A DNA stretch of 64,000 nt from Lachnospiraceae bacterium UBA3287. GTDB lineage: Bacteria > Bacillota > Clostridia > Lachnospirales > Lachnospiraceae. The notes below the pieces were generated by a model, which was not told the origin of the DNA, did not search any database, and saw only the letters and a program-made list of their open reading frames with translations. The DNA is taken from contig DETN01000131.1 in NCBI GenBank assembly GCA_002362155.1, positions 641 to 64,640 of the forward strand, read 5' to 3'. Positions 1-9,347 of the stretch are shown here, one piece after another (the stretch's first letter is position 1; the number at the start of each line of letters is the position of its first letter). The position numbers and the translations under genes are program-made.

Positions 1-310
1 GCAGCGCAAAATCGCCCTCCGCTTCATACTCGGTCGTTTTGGCATCAAGCGCTTTCAGTTCTTTCCGCAGATGGTCCGCAATGGCCCTGGTCTTGGCGTC
101 TTTCAGGGAGTCGTAAAGCACGGCCGCCTTAATGGCCCTGCGCTCCGGCTCCGCTTCCTTCTCCTCATCTCCCTGCTCTATGATTTCCTGAGCGGCCTCT
201 TCCGCCTTCTCCTGGGCATTTTCCTGGACCTTTTCCTTTACCAGGCTGCAGCCCGCAGCCGAAACGGCAAGGAGGACAGATATGATAAGTGCTGTGATCC
301 GGTGTCTCAT
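1..310 (-). CDS. Lipoprotein, possibly a solute-binding protein (3' end runs off the window)
   Basis: Manual translation MRHRITALIISVLLAVSAAGCSLVKEK... shows a lipobox (AAGC), an acidic linker, then KAAVLYDSL; starts 3 nt after the trpF stop. Confidence 0.7.
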   Translation of the reverse strand, partial: MRHRITALIISVLLAVSAAGCSLVKEKVQENAQEKAEEAAQEIIEQGDEEKEAEPERRAIKAAVLYDSLKDAKTRAIADHLRKELKALDAKTTEYEAEGDFAL

Positions 311-313
311 AGG

Positions 314-946
314 TCACTCTCCCGATAGAAGCCTGTCAGCTGCCCTGACGGCCGATGCAAAAGCCCGGATCTTTTCCGGATCCTTTCCTTTTCTGTCTTT
401 ATATTCCACGCCCGAGGATACGTCCACTCCAAAGGGGCGGACCTTCAGTACGGCTTCCCCGGCGTTTTCCGCATCCAGGCCTCCCGCCAGAAAGAAGGGC
501 TTTCCGGGGTCCGGCATATTTTTCAGAAGATCCCAGTCGAAGCTCTTTCCGCTGCCCGGAAGGGCCGCGTCAAAAACAAAGGCCGCGATGCGGGGATCCT
601 CCCTGTAGTCTGAGATCCGGTCCATATCCTTTCCGTTGAAAGCCTTCCACACGGGGACCCGTGATGCCGAAAGGGCTTCCTCCGTCAGACGGCCGTGGAT
701 CTGCAGGATGGAAAAGCCGGCCCCGCAGGCCTCCCGGACCTGGTCCGGAGAGGGGGATACCATGACCGCCGCAGGCAGCACTGCTCCTCCCAGGGCCCTG
801 ATAATCTCCCCGGCCCTTTCCGTATCGATGCAGCGCCTGCTGGAGGGAAAGAAGAGGACCATGCCGGCGTAATCGGCCCCGATCTCCTTCAGATAAGCCG
901 CTTCGGCGGGATCTGTCAGTCCGCAGATCTTGATCTTCGTATTCAT
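314..946 (-). CDS. trpF: Phosphoribosylanthranilate isomerase
   Basis: KIKICGLT, LQIHG, GSGKSFDW, FFLAGGL and GVDVSSGVE motifs. Confidence 0.95.
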   Translation of the reverse strand: MNTKIKICGLTDPAEAAYLKEIGADYAGMVLFFPSSRRCIDTERAGEIIRALGGAVLPAAVMVSPSPDQVREACGAGFSILQIHGRLTEEALSASRVPVWKAFNGKDMDRISDYREDPRIAAFVFDAALPGSGKSFDWDLLKNMPDPGKPFFLAGGLDAENAGEAVLKVRPFGVDVSSGVEYKDRKGKDPEKIRAFASAVRAADRLLSGE

Positions 947-2181
947 GCAAGCTTCTCTTTGATCTCTTCCAGCCTGCCGATCACCGCATCCATAGCCTCT
1001 CTGGACTTTGTCAGGGCTTCGATCTGGGACGCCGTTACCTTCGCCACCTGCTTTCTGGCGGCGATATCGTCCTTTAAGGTCTCTGTCTCGGCCCGCATCT
1101 GCTCCACAGTGATCTCCAGACCGGTCTTCTCCTCCTGAAGAGATCCCAGCTCCTCGTTCAGGCCGGCGATCTCTCCCGTCAGGCCTTCCTTTTCCTTCTG
1201 CAGGGCGGATATCCTCGCGCTCAGCTCTGCGGCCGTCTGTCTGGCCTGTTCCCTGCCCTGGTCCAGTTCTTTTTTCAGCTGGTCCAGTTGGCTCTGCTGC
1301 TCATTGATCAGTTCCTGGGCAGCTTCCATTTCCTCGTCCATCTTCTGCCGGGCGGCTTCCATCTTCTGACGGTCCTCCTCCCTGGCTCTGGCGAACTGCT
1401 CCCGCAGACGGGCCTTCTCGGCGTCCACCAGCTTCTGGCGGTCCGCTCTCTCGCTTTCGATGGTCTCCTTCAGAGAAGTCTCCATATCGGTATAGGCCTT
1501 TGCGGTCTCCGCCCTGAGGGCGGAAAGCTTCCTGTCTGCCTCCTGACGGATCTCGCGGACCTGTCTGGCATGCTCCATGTCAATGGAGGCAAGACGGCCC
1601 TTCAGGGAAGTGATCTCCCTCTTGTCCGCTTCTCTGGCCTGTTCCATGGCCTGGGCCGCGTTCCTTTTGGTCTCATCCAGATCTGCGGCCGCCTTTTCCC
1701 TGACAGAGGAAAGCTCTGCCGCGGCAGCTTCCCGGATCTCCTTCAGCTGCACGGCATGGGAAGCCCTGGTCTGGTTCAGCTCTCTGGCAGAGGACTCCTC
1801 CAGCTCCCTGTAGGCTGCGCCTGTCCGGTCTATGGTATCCTTCAGGTCTGCATCCGCCTTCTGTCTGGTCTCCTGCAGCTCCTGCTTCAGGGAAGAAAGC
1901 TCTTCTCCCACTTCCTCTCTGGCTTCCTGACGAATGTCGTCCATACGTCTTTCCAGCTCCGCGACCCGGTCCTGCTCCTTGAAATAATCGTCTGCCAGGT
2001 TCAGCTGCAGCATGATATTCTTCATATCTTCCGTCAGCTTCCAGTAGTTGGAATCGTCGTGGAAGCTCTTGCGCTTTCCGTTCAGATAGGCAGCCACCTT
2101 CTGCATGTATTCTTCGCTTTCGCCTGACAGGACCAGGGTCCTGCCGCCTATTGTGATCTTGATGTCTTTCAGTTCGCTCAT
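943..2181 (-). CDS. zapA: ZapA-domain protein with very long coiled-coil extension (~412 aa)
   Basis: N-terminus ITIGGRTLVLSGESEEYMQKVAAYLN...LNLADDYFK is ZapA-like; start placed at MSELKD. Confidence 0.8.
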   Translation of the reverse strand: MSELKDIKITIGGRTLVLSGESEEYMQKVAAYLNGKRKSFHDDSNYWKLTEDMKNIMLQLNLADDYFKEQDRVAELERRMDDIRQEAREEVGEELSSLKQELQETRQKADADLKDTIDRTGAAYRELEESSARELNQTRASHAVQLKEIREAAAAELSSVREKAAADLDETKRNAAQAMEQAREADKREITSLKGRLASIDMEHARQVREIRQEADRKLSALRAETAKAYTDMETSLKETIESERADRQKLVDAEKARLREQFARAREEDRQKMEAARQKMDEEMEAAQELINEQQSQLDQLKKELDQGREQARQTAAELSARISALQKEKEGLTGEIAGLNEELGSLQEEKTGLEITVEQMRAETETLKDDIAARKQVAKVTASQIEALTKSREAMDAVIGRLEEIKEKLA

Positions 2182-2249
2182 TGATTTCCTGTTCCGGGGT
2201 CCCCGCAAAGGGACCTTTCTTTTCCTTCCTTAGTATCTTGTCCGGGACG

Positions 2250-2936
2250 TCAGAGATTTCCCCGGACTTCCTGGAGCCTTGCGATGACCGCGTCCATTCT
2301 TGCCCTGGACTGGGTCAGGGCGTCGATCTCCTTGGCTGTCATTTCACAGATGGCTTTTCTCTGAGCCAGTTCCGCCCTTGCCCTGTCGGCGCTGTCCTGG
2401 GCGTTCTTCACCTCGCGGGAGAGCCTCTGCTCCTTGTCCTTTATGGCAGCCCTTTCCTTCTCCAGGGTCTCTTCGCTTTCCGTGGCCCTGGTCTTCTCCT
2501 TCTGCAGGGAGGCCTGGAGCTGTTTCATAATGGTCTGGGTCCCTGTCAGCTGGGTCCTTGCTTCGCTCAGCTGCTTTTTCAGGGATTCGATCTCCAGGAT
2601 GTTGTCGTCCTGGGACTGGTGCAGGGCCCGCTCCAGCTCCTGTCTGCTCTCTTCCCTGACCGCCTCCAGCTCCTTCGCATGTGCCTCCTTCATGGCTTCA
2701 ATGGTCCGGTCCAGTTTTTCTCCCCGGTCCCTGGCCTTGAAATAGTCATCCGCCAGATTCAGCTGAATCATGATATTCTTCATATCCTCGGGCAGGGTCC
2801 AGAAAGAGGAGTCCTCGTTGAAGCTGTTCCTCTTGCCGTTGAGGTATTCCGCCACCTTCTGCATATATTCGGCGCTTTCACTGCCGCTTAAAGTGATCGT
2901 GCGTCCGCCGATCTTGATCTTGGTATCGTTGGCCAT
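2250..2936 (-). CDS. zapA: ZapA-domain protein with coiled-coil extension (228 aa)
   Basis: IKIGGRTITLSGSESAEYMQKVAEYLN...LNLADDYFK; paralog of the downstream gene. Confidence 0.85.
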   Translation of the reverse strand: MANDTKIKIGGRTITLSGSESAEYMQKVAEYLNGKRNSFNEDSSFWTLPEDMKNIMIQLNLADDYFKARDRGEKLDRTIEAMKEAHAKELEAVREESRQELERALHQSQDDNILEIESLKKQLSEARTQLTGTQTIMKQLQASLQKEKTRATESEETLEKERAAIKDKEQRLSREVKNAQDSADRARAELAQRKAICEMTAKEIDALTQSRARMDAVIARLQEVRGNL

Positions 2937-3142
2937 TGTCTTTCCTTTTCACCTGGGTGTGCGTTTCTTAAGGATCTTCTATCCTAATATATGATACAAA
3001 AGCGCAAAAAGCAACCTGCCGCCGCTTTCTCAGGCCCTGCGCCGGGGGCTTTGGTCCGGGGCAGCTGCCGGCTGTAAACTGTATTGCATACCATTTTATC
3101 GCCAGATAGCGCAAATTCTACACTGAAAGAGCTCCGGATACC

Positions 3143-3178
3143 AAAAAAAGGGCCCTTCATGAATTTCATGAAAGGCCC
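3143..3178 (-). terminator. Intrinsic terminator after lon
   Basis: GGGCCTTTCATGAA/TTCATGAAGGGCCC stem followed by T7 on the minus strand. Confidence 0.75.
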
Positions 3179-3227
3179 TGCTCTTGTGTACATTCTCCTG
3201 CAGGATATATGTGCGGCGGCGGGAGGA

Positions 3228-5513
3228 TCAGCCCTCCCCGGGAAGGATGCCCAGCTCCCTGAGGACCTGGGACGCCTCGCTGACAGGGATGATCTCCAGC
3301 TGGTCTTTGACCTCCTGGGCCACATCCCTCAGATCGTCCTCGTTCTCTGCCGGAATGAAGACCTTCCTGACTCCTGCCCTCTGGGCCGCCATCAGCTTTT
3401 CGGGCAGGCCCCCGATGGGATTGACCCCGCCCTGGAGCGAGATCTCTCCGGTCATGGCCACTGAGGGGCTGACCGGGATCCCCGTGATCAGGGAGGAAAG
3501 GGCCGTGGTCAGGGTAATGCCGGCCGAAGGCCCGTCCTTGGGGGTGGCCCCGTCCGGTACATGGATATGGAGATCGTTCTTTTCAAAGACCTCCGCCTTG
3601 TCAGGAAACATGGACTTGACCAGGCTGACGGCGATCTGGGCCGATTCCTTCATCACGTCGCCCAGCTGGCCGGTAATGGTAAGGCGCCCTGTGCCCTTTG
3701 TCAGCAGGGTCTCTATATAGAGGATCTCGCCGCCCACGGCCGTCCAGGCAAGGCCTGTCACGATGCCGGGCTTTGCAGCCTCCTTCACTCTGCCGTGGCG
3801 CATGGGACGGATATCCAGGAAATCCCGGAGCCTGTCCTCTGTGACCACCACGGGGCCTTCATGCCCTCTGACCAATTCCACCGCCGCGGACCGGCACAGG
3901 GTATCCATGCGCTTTTTCAGGCCTCTGACGCCGCCTTCCCTGGTATATTCGGAGATGATGGTCTCCAGGACCTGGTCGGTGACGGACAGATTCTCCTCCT
4001 TGATGCCCACGGCCTTCATGGCTTTGGGCAGCAGGTGCCTTCTGGCGATCTGCAGCTTTTCCGCAGGGGTATAGCCCTGGAACTGAATGACCTCCATACG
4101 GTTGAGCAGGGGCTCGGGGATCGTATCCACCGAATTGGCTGTGCAGATGAACATGACTCCCGACAGATCGTAGGGCACATTCATGTAGTGGTCGGTGAAG
4201 GTCCCGTTCTGCTCGGGATCCAGTACCTCCAGCAGGGCGCTGGCGGGATCCCCGTTATAGGATGCCCCCAGCTTGTCCACCTCGTCCAGGACCATGACCG
4301 GATTGGAAACGCCGCTCTTGGAAATTCCGTCCATGATCCTGCCGGGCATAGCCCCGATATAAGTCCGTCTGTGGCCCCGGATATCCGCTTCGTCCCGGAC
4401 GCCGCCCAGGGAGACTCTGACATACTTGCGCTGCAGGGCCCTGGCGATGCTCTGGCCGATACTGGTCTTGCCGGTACCGGGGGCGCCTACGAACAGAAGG
4501 ATGGAACCTGCCTGCTGGCCCTTGAGATTCATGACTGCGATCTGCTGGATGATCCTCTTCTTGACCTTTTCCAGGCCGAAATGGTCCTCCTCCAGAATGG
4601 CTTCCGCCTCGTCCAGATCGATGTCTCTGGCCTTTTCCTTCTTCCAGGACAGGCCGGTCAGGAAATCCAGGTAGTCATAGAGCATGCCGTACTCGGCGCT
4701 GTTCTGGCCTTCCTGCTTGAGGCGGTTCATGACCTTGTCGGCTTCCTTCCTGGCCGTTTCGTTCATGCCCGATTCCTCGATTTTGATCTCCAGCTTCCGA
4801 AGATCCGTCACGTTCTCGGGATGCATGTCGTCCAGCTGCTTCTGCAGATATTCGATCTGCTTTTTGATGGCGGATTCCCGGTAGATCTTCTGATAGTCCT
4901 CCTCCTGGGCGGTGGAGGCCTCGTTCTGGATCCGGTTCATCTCCAGATTCTCGTAGATCATGCGTTCCATCATGTCGGTCCGCTTTGCCAGGGAATCCTC
5001 CGCGATGACATCGTATTTCTCCTGGGGAGAATTCATCATCCAGGGAGACATGGCCGCTGCCGCTTCCCCGATGGTGGTCCACTGGGCGATCATGCCCTGC
5101 ATGGCCTGGCCCCACTGGTAGCCCCGGGTGAACTGGGTCAGAGAGTTTTTGATCTCCCTGATCCTTTCCGCGTAGCCTGCCCTGTCCAGGTCGTCGATGT
5201 CGGCCCTCCTGGAAATGGACAGATCGATGCTGTGGTCCTTGTAGACCACCACCGAATTGACGTTGATCCTGTTTTTGATCCGGATCACGATGTAGCCGTC
5301 CTCGTTCACGTCGGTGATAACGCCGGCCAGACCGATCTTCCGGAAGCTGTCGTTGGTCAGATCTTCCCTGGCCTGCTCTTCTTTCAGATAGATCAGGTAG
5401 ACCTTTTCTTCTCTGACAGGGCTCTTGCCCGTCATGTTCTGATAATAGGCAGTCTGGATATAGACGTTGGAATCCGGGACCGCCAGTATATTGTAAATGG
5501 GTAATGCTGCCAT
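3228..5513 (-). CDS. lon: ATP-dependent Lon protease
   Basis: Walker A GAPGTGKT, RGHRRTYIGAMPG, LDEVDK, catalytic PKDGPSAG and GGLPEKLMAA; start set at MAALPIY. Confidence 0.97.
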   Translation of the reverse strand: MAALPIYNILAVPDSNVYIQTAYYQNMTGKSPVREEKVYLIYLKEEQAREDLTNDSFRKIGLAGVITDVNEDGYIVIRIKNRINVNSVVVYKDHSIDLSISRRADIDDLDRAGYAERIREIKNSLTQFTRGYQWGQAMQGMIAQWTTIGEAAAAMSPWMMNSPQEKYDVIAEDSLAKRTDMMERMIYENLEMNRIQNEASTAQEEDYQKIYRESAIKKQIEYLQKQLDDMHPENVTDLRKLEIKIEESGMNETARKEADKVMNRLKQEGQNSAEYGMLYDYLDFLTGLSWKKEKARDIDLDEAEAILEEDHFGLEKVKKRIIQQIAVMNLKGQQAGSILLFVGAPGTGKTSIGQSIARALQRKYVRVSLGGVRDEADIRGHRRTYIGAMPGRIMDGISKSGVSNPVMVLDEVDKLGASYNGDPASALLEVLDPEQNGTFTDHYMNVPYDLSGVMFICTANSVDTIPEPLLNRMEVIQFQGYTPAEKLQIARRHLLPKAMKAVGIKEENLSVTDQVLETIISEYTREGGVRGLKKRMDTLCRSAAVELVRGHEGPVVVTEDRLRDFLDIRPMRHGRVKEAAKPGIVTGLAWTAVGGEILYIETLLTKGTGRLTITGQLGDVMKESAQIAVSLVKSMFPDKAEVFEKNDLHIHVPDGATPKDGPSAGITLTTALSSLITGIPVSPSVAMTGEISLQGGVNPIGGLPEKLMAAQRAGVRKVFIPAENEDDLRDVAQEVKDQLEIIPVSEASQVLRELGILPGEG

Positions 5514-5623
5514 AGCTTTGCTCCTTTTTTTTATCTGGGTCCGGGCCGCGGGGCCCGGAAATGCCTTAACAAATGAAAAGGCGGCGTTTCTGAGGAGGAT
5601 TATAGCACCTGTTTTCCGGTTTG

Positions 5624-5650
5624 TCAGCACTCTTTATTAAAGAGTGCTAA
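5624..5650 (-). promoter_or_regulatory. CIRCE element (HrcA operator) upstream of lon
   Basis: Minus strand TTAGCACTC-N9-GAGTGCTGA, one mismatch to the consensus TTAGCACTC-N9-GAGTGCTAA. Confidence 0.92.
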
Positions 5651-5784
5651 TTAAATTGTAAAAAATTTATTAATCCTCAATCGAACCGCTCCAAAAGGAA
5701 GGTATCATAAAAAGCCGGAGCGGCAGCAGATGCTGCCGGTCCGGCCCTGGTTCTTTCTTTTTGGAACGGTCCAGCCTGAGCGCT

Positions 5785-6627
5785 TTATTCCATGGCGCTC
5801 ATGGCGTTCTCGTAATACAGAGGCTCTCCTCCGTCCACTCTCACCTGCATGCCTTCTCCCTCCGGAAGAATGACCACCGGGACGGTCTCATCGTTTTCTC
5901 CCTGCAGATCACCGTTTAATCCTTCGCCAAAATCCGTCAGGGTGCCTTCATAGTAGGCTCCGCCGATCAGGACTTCCACGAAAAAGCCCCCTTCCTCTTC
6001 CATGATGGTCAGGGTATCGTCTTCTTCATTGACATAGTAGCCGTCATAGCCGCTGCCCTCTCCATCCTTTACAAAGAAATGGTCCTCATAATCGTTGGCG
6101 GAATCCTTCCAGAGGAGTCTGTCTCCCACCTTGCTTAAGGATCCGTCGGTGGTCGTCTCGTCTTCTTCGGAATCGGTGCCGTCTTCCCTTGCCACATGGA
6201 GATACTGCTTTGCGCTGTCATAGGTCAGGCTGCCGGAAACAGGATCGAAGGTGCCTGTGATCTCCCAGACAGCTGTCTCGAAGGCGCTGCCGCCCCAGTA
6301 GATCACTGCCGTGCAGGACCCGTCCTCGTTCATGCTGATCTCCATCTGGGCGCGCCCGCTGGTCTCATCCTGCCAGCTGCCCTCCAGATCCATCTCTCCG
6401 GTGACCTGATCCAGGAAATCGTCCTCCATGGCCTGGGCGTCGGACAGCATGTCTTCCGCCATCTGGTCCGCCTGGCCGGCCAGTTCTTCGCCCATGGCGT
6501 CCTGCTCTTCTTCCGTCATCTGTTCATTTCCGGCATCACTTTGCCCTGCGGGCTTTGCCGCGCCGCAGGCGGTCACTGCCGCCATAGCGACTGCCATAAG
6601 GCAGGCTGCGAATACTTTCTTTTTCAT
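5785..6627 (-). CDS. Acidic lipoprotein of unknown function
   Basis: Signal peptide MKKKVFAACLMAVAMAAVTAC with lipobox; beta-rich acidic mature part; AGGAG RBS. Confidence 0.8.
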   Translation of the reverse strand: MKKKVFAACLMAVAMAAVTACGAAKPAGQSDAGNEQMTEEEQDAMGEELAGQADQMAEDMLSDAQAMEDDFLDQVTGEMDLEGSWQDETSGRAQMEISMNEDGSCTAVIYWGGSAFETAVWEITGTFDPVSGSLTYDSAKQYLHVAREDGTDSEEDETTTDGSLSKVGDRLLWKDSANDYEDHFFVKDGEGSGYDGYYVNEEDDTLTIMEEEGGFFVEVLIGGAYYEGTLTDFGEGLNGDLQGENDETVPVVILPEGEGMQVRVDGGEPLYYENAMSAME

Positions 6628-6849
6628 AATATCTTCTCCTTATACGATTCATCCTTGAAGTCTGCCTTTGTGCAGGCAGGACCTTCCGGCAGACAGCTAA
6701 GGAATTATTAAGATTTTTATTTCTTCTTTCCTTTCGCTTCTGTTTTATAGTTATAGCAGGCAGGGTCCTGTCCTGCACGGCAGGACCTGTTAAGGACCTG
6801 TTAAAGACATCCTGCTGCGCAAAAATAAGGTTGACAGATTTCCTTTTAA

Positions 6850-6882
6850 TTGTTAACATCATTGTCGCCGCATGGTTGACAA
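6850..6882 (+). promoter_or_regulatory. Probable BirA operator upstream of bioY
   Basis: TTGTTAAC-N17-GTTGACAA spaced palindrome directly before the bioY RBS; spacer slightly longer than the usual consensus. Confidence 0.65.
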
Positions 6883-6903
6883 TAAAGAAAGGAATCTGTA
6901 TCA

Positions 6904-7446
6904 TTGAAAACAAAAGATATGGTCCTGTGCGCTCTGTGCGCAGCCCTCACCTGTATACTGGCCCCCGTTTCCATCCCCACGCCGGGAGGAGTGCCCGTCT
7001 CTCTGGCGACCTTTACCGTCATGCTCTCCGGCCTTCTGCTGGGAGAAAAACTGGGGACCCTCAGCCAGCTGATCTACATTCTTCTGGGATCCGCAGGCCT
7101 TCCCGTTTTTGCCGGCTGGACCGGCGGCATCGGCCTGGTCCTGGGCATGACCGGCGGCTATATCATCGGCTACCTTTTCCTGGCCTTCTTTACCGGCCTC
7201 TTCTACTTCCGCATAGGGAAAAAGAAGACCGGGACCGCAAGATACTTCTGGATGGTCCTGGGCATGGCAGCAGGGACCCTGGTCCTCTACGCCTTCGGTA
7301 CTATCTGGTTCATGCATGTCACTGGCATGGATCTGACCGCCTCCCTGGCGGCCTGTGTTGTGCCCTTCCTGCCAGGAGACGCTGTCAAGATCGCAGCCGC
7401 GGCGGCTCTTACCGGCCAGATTGAAAAGGCTCTGTCCCATGTATAA
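6904..7446 (+). CDS. bioY: Biotin ECF transporter S component
   Basis: VPVSLATF, YILLGSAGLPVFAG, TGGYIIGY and PFLPGDAVK motifs. Confidence 0.93.
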   Translation: MKTKDMVLCALCAALTCILAPVSIPTPGGVPVSLATFTVMLSGLLLGEKLGTLSQLIYILLGSAGLPVFAGWTGGIGLVLGMTGGYIIGYLFLAFFTGLFYFRIGKKKTGTARYFWMVLGMAAGTLVLYAFGTIWFMHVTGMDLTASLAACVVPFLPGDAVKIAAAAALTGQIEKALSHV

Positions 7447-7837
7447 GGAAGATCCTCTTCCCCTCCGCCCCCACCACAGTCTCTGCTTCCAGAACTTTGC
7501 GGGCGAAGGCTACAGCGGCGGTTTTACCCTTTCCCTTGCCCGGATCCGGGACAGCCTCATGCAGGATCCGGAAAGGAAAGTCCGCCTGACGACGGGCCCC
7601 GACAGGGTCTGCGGCGCCTGTCCCCATCTCATGGGAAATGCCTGCAGTTCCCCAAAGCCTTCTCTCTTCGACCAGAAGGTCCTTGCCCTGACCGGTCTTG
7701 CGCCGGGACAGGTCCTGTCCTTTAAAGAACTCCTCGCCCTGACCCGGCCCCTGAACAGGGACCGCCTGGAAGAATGCTGTCCGGGCTGTCAGTGGCTTCC
7801 TCTCTGCCTTTCCCTGCAGGGAAAGACAATGAATTAA
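7439..7837 (+). CDS. DUF1284-family Cys/His-rich protein
   Basis: LRPHHSLC...GEGYS..F, PDRVCGACP and CPGCQWLPLC; ATG overlaps the bioY end. Confidence 0.8.
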   Translation: MYKEDPLPLRPHHSLCFQNFAGEGYSGGFTLSLARIRDSLMQDPERKVRLTTGPDRVCGACPHLMGNACSSPKPSLFDQKVLALTGLAPGQVLSFKELLALTRPLNRDRLEECCPGCQWLPLCLSLQGKTMN

Positions 7838-7864
7838 GGCTTTTCCGGGCCCTCCCCAGAAAGC

Positions 7865-7912
7865 AGCCGCCCTGTCCGCGTACCTTTACGGTACCCGGAC
7901 AGGGCGGCTTTT
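7865..7912. terminator. Bidirectional terminator between convergent genes
   Basis: AGCCGCCCTGTCCG...CGGACAGGGCGGCT followed by TTTT. Confidence 0.75.
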
Positions 7913-7946
7913 ATGTCTGTTCAGTTCTCTGCTGTATCCGGGAGCA

Positions 7947-9233
7947 TCAGCCTATGGCTTCCAGCGCCTGCTTCAGATCGGCGATCAGGTCTTCCTTGTC
8001 TTCCAGGCCGCAGGACATGCGGATCAGGCCGGCAGGGACCCCTGCTTCCACCAGCTGCTCTTCGGTCAGCTGACGGTGGGTGGAGGTAGCGGGATTGAGG
8101 CAGCAGGTCCTTGCATCCGCCACATGGGTCTCGATGGCCGCCAGCTTCAGGTTTTTCATGAACTTCTCGGCAGCGGGCCTTCCGCCCTTAAGTTCGAAGG
8201 AAACGACGCCGCAGCCGCCGTTCGGCATATATTTTTTCGCTATGTCATAGTATTTGCTGCCGGGAAGACCGGAATAGTTGACATAGGTGACCTGGGGCTG
8301 GGCCTGCAGGAATTCAGCCACGGCCTGGCCGTTTTCCACGTGTCTGGGCATACGGACATGGAGAGATTCCAGGCCCAGATTCAGATAGAAGGCGCTCTGG
8401 GGAGACTGGATGGAGCCCAGGTCTCTCATGAGCTGGCTGGTGGCCTTGGTGATGAAGGCGCCGCCCTGGCCGAACTTCTCTGCATAGACGATGCCGTGAT
8501 AGGATTCGTCAGGGGTGCACAGGCCGGGATACTTGTCCGCATGGGCCATCCAGTCGAAATTGCCGCTGTCTACGATGGCGCCGCCCACGGCGACTCCGTG
8601 GCCGTCCATGTATTTGGTGGTGGAATGGGTCACGATATCGGCGCCCCATTCGATGGGCCTGCAGTTCACGGGCGTGGGGAAGGTGTTGTCCACAATCAGG
8701 GGAACGCCGTGGGCGTGGGCCACTCTGGCGAACTTCTCGATATCCAGCACCGTCAGGGCCGGATTGGCGATGGTCTCGCCGAACATGGCTCTGGTATTGT
8801 CACGGAAGGCGGCGCCCAGCTCCTCCTCGCTGGCGTCCGGAGATACGAAGGTCACGTCGATGCCCATCTTTTTCATGGTCACGGAGATCAGGTTGAAGGT
8901 ACCGCCGTAGATGGAGGAGGAAGCCACGATGTGGCTGCCGGTCTCGCAGATATTGAAGAGGGCAAAGAAGTTGGCCGCCTGTCCGGAACCGGTCAGCATG
9001 CCGGCCGTGCCGCCCTCCATGGCCGCGATCTTGGCCGCCACCATGTCGCAGGTGGGGTTCTGCAGTCTGGAATAGAAATATCCGGATGCCTCCAGGTCGA
9101 AGAGGGCGCCCATGTCTTCGCTGGTATCATATTTAAAGGTGGTGGACTGGATGATGGGGATCTGTCTGGGCCCGCCGTTCTCGGGAGTATAGCCAGCCTG
9201 CACGCATTTGGTATTGATCTTGTAATCGCTCAT
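7947..9233 (-). CDS. metY: O-acetylhomoserine sulfhydrylase (Cys/Met PLP enzyme)
   Basis: YSRLQNPT, GQAA, ETIANP, IVDNTF, PLP lysine motif HSTTKYMDGHG, PATSTHRQL. Confidence 0.92.
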   Translation of the reverse strand: MSDYKINTKCVQAGYTPENGGPRQIPIIQSTTFKYDTSEDMGALFDLEASGYFYSRLQNPTCDMVAAKIAAMEGGTAGMLTGSGQAANFFALFNICETGSHIVASSSIYGGTFNLISVTMKKMGIDVTFVSPDASEEELGAAFRDNTRAMFGETIANPALTVLDIEKFARVAHAHGVPLIVDNTFPTPVNCRPIEWGADIVTHSTTKYMDGHGVAVGGAIVDSGNFDWMAHADKYPGLCTPDESYHGIVYAEKFGQGGAFITKATSQLMRDLGSIQSPQSAFYLNLGLESLHVRMPRHVENGQAVAEFLQAQPQVTYVNYSGLPGSKYYDIAKKYMPNGGCGVVSFELKGGRPAAEKFMKNLKLAAIETHVADARTCCLNPATSTHRQLTEEQLVEAGVPAGLIRMSCGLEDKEDLIADLKQALEAIG

Positions 9234-9347
9234 GATATCCTCCTTGCATAAAAAAGATGCGGGGGCAGGGGGAAGGTCCCCGGGCCCACGCATCCTATTA
9301 TAACAGGTCTTTTACGATTTAGTGCATAAAATTGCAGTCCGTGTTTT

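Noticed and set aside
2937-3140. 6S RNA next to zapA
   Set aside because: No long rod-like self-complementarity seen; the zapA-ssrS linkage is a proteobacterial feature
3561-5504. Long antisense ORFs (also 8076-9251, 10182-11732, 17428-18969, 22801-24138, 35287-36897, 39034-40554 and others)
   Set aside because: Shadow frames of well-supported genes, caused by high-GC codon bias; no recognisable motifs
9234-9347. SAM riboswitch or T-box upstream of metY
   Set aside because: Leader is short with one hairpin and no S-box or T-box consensus
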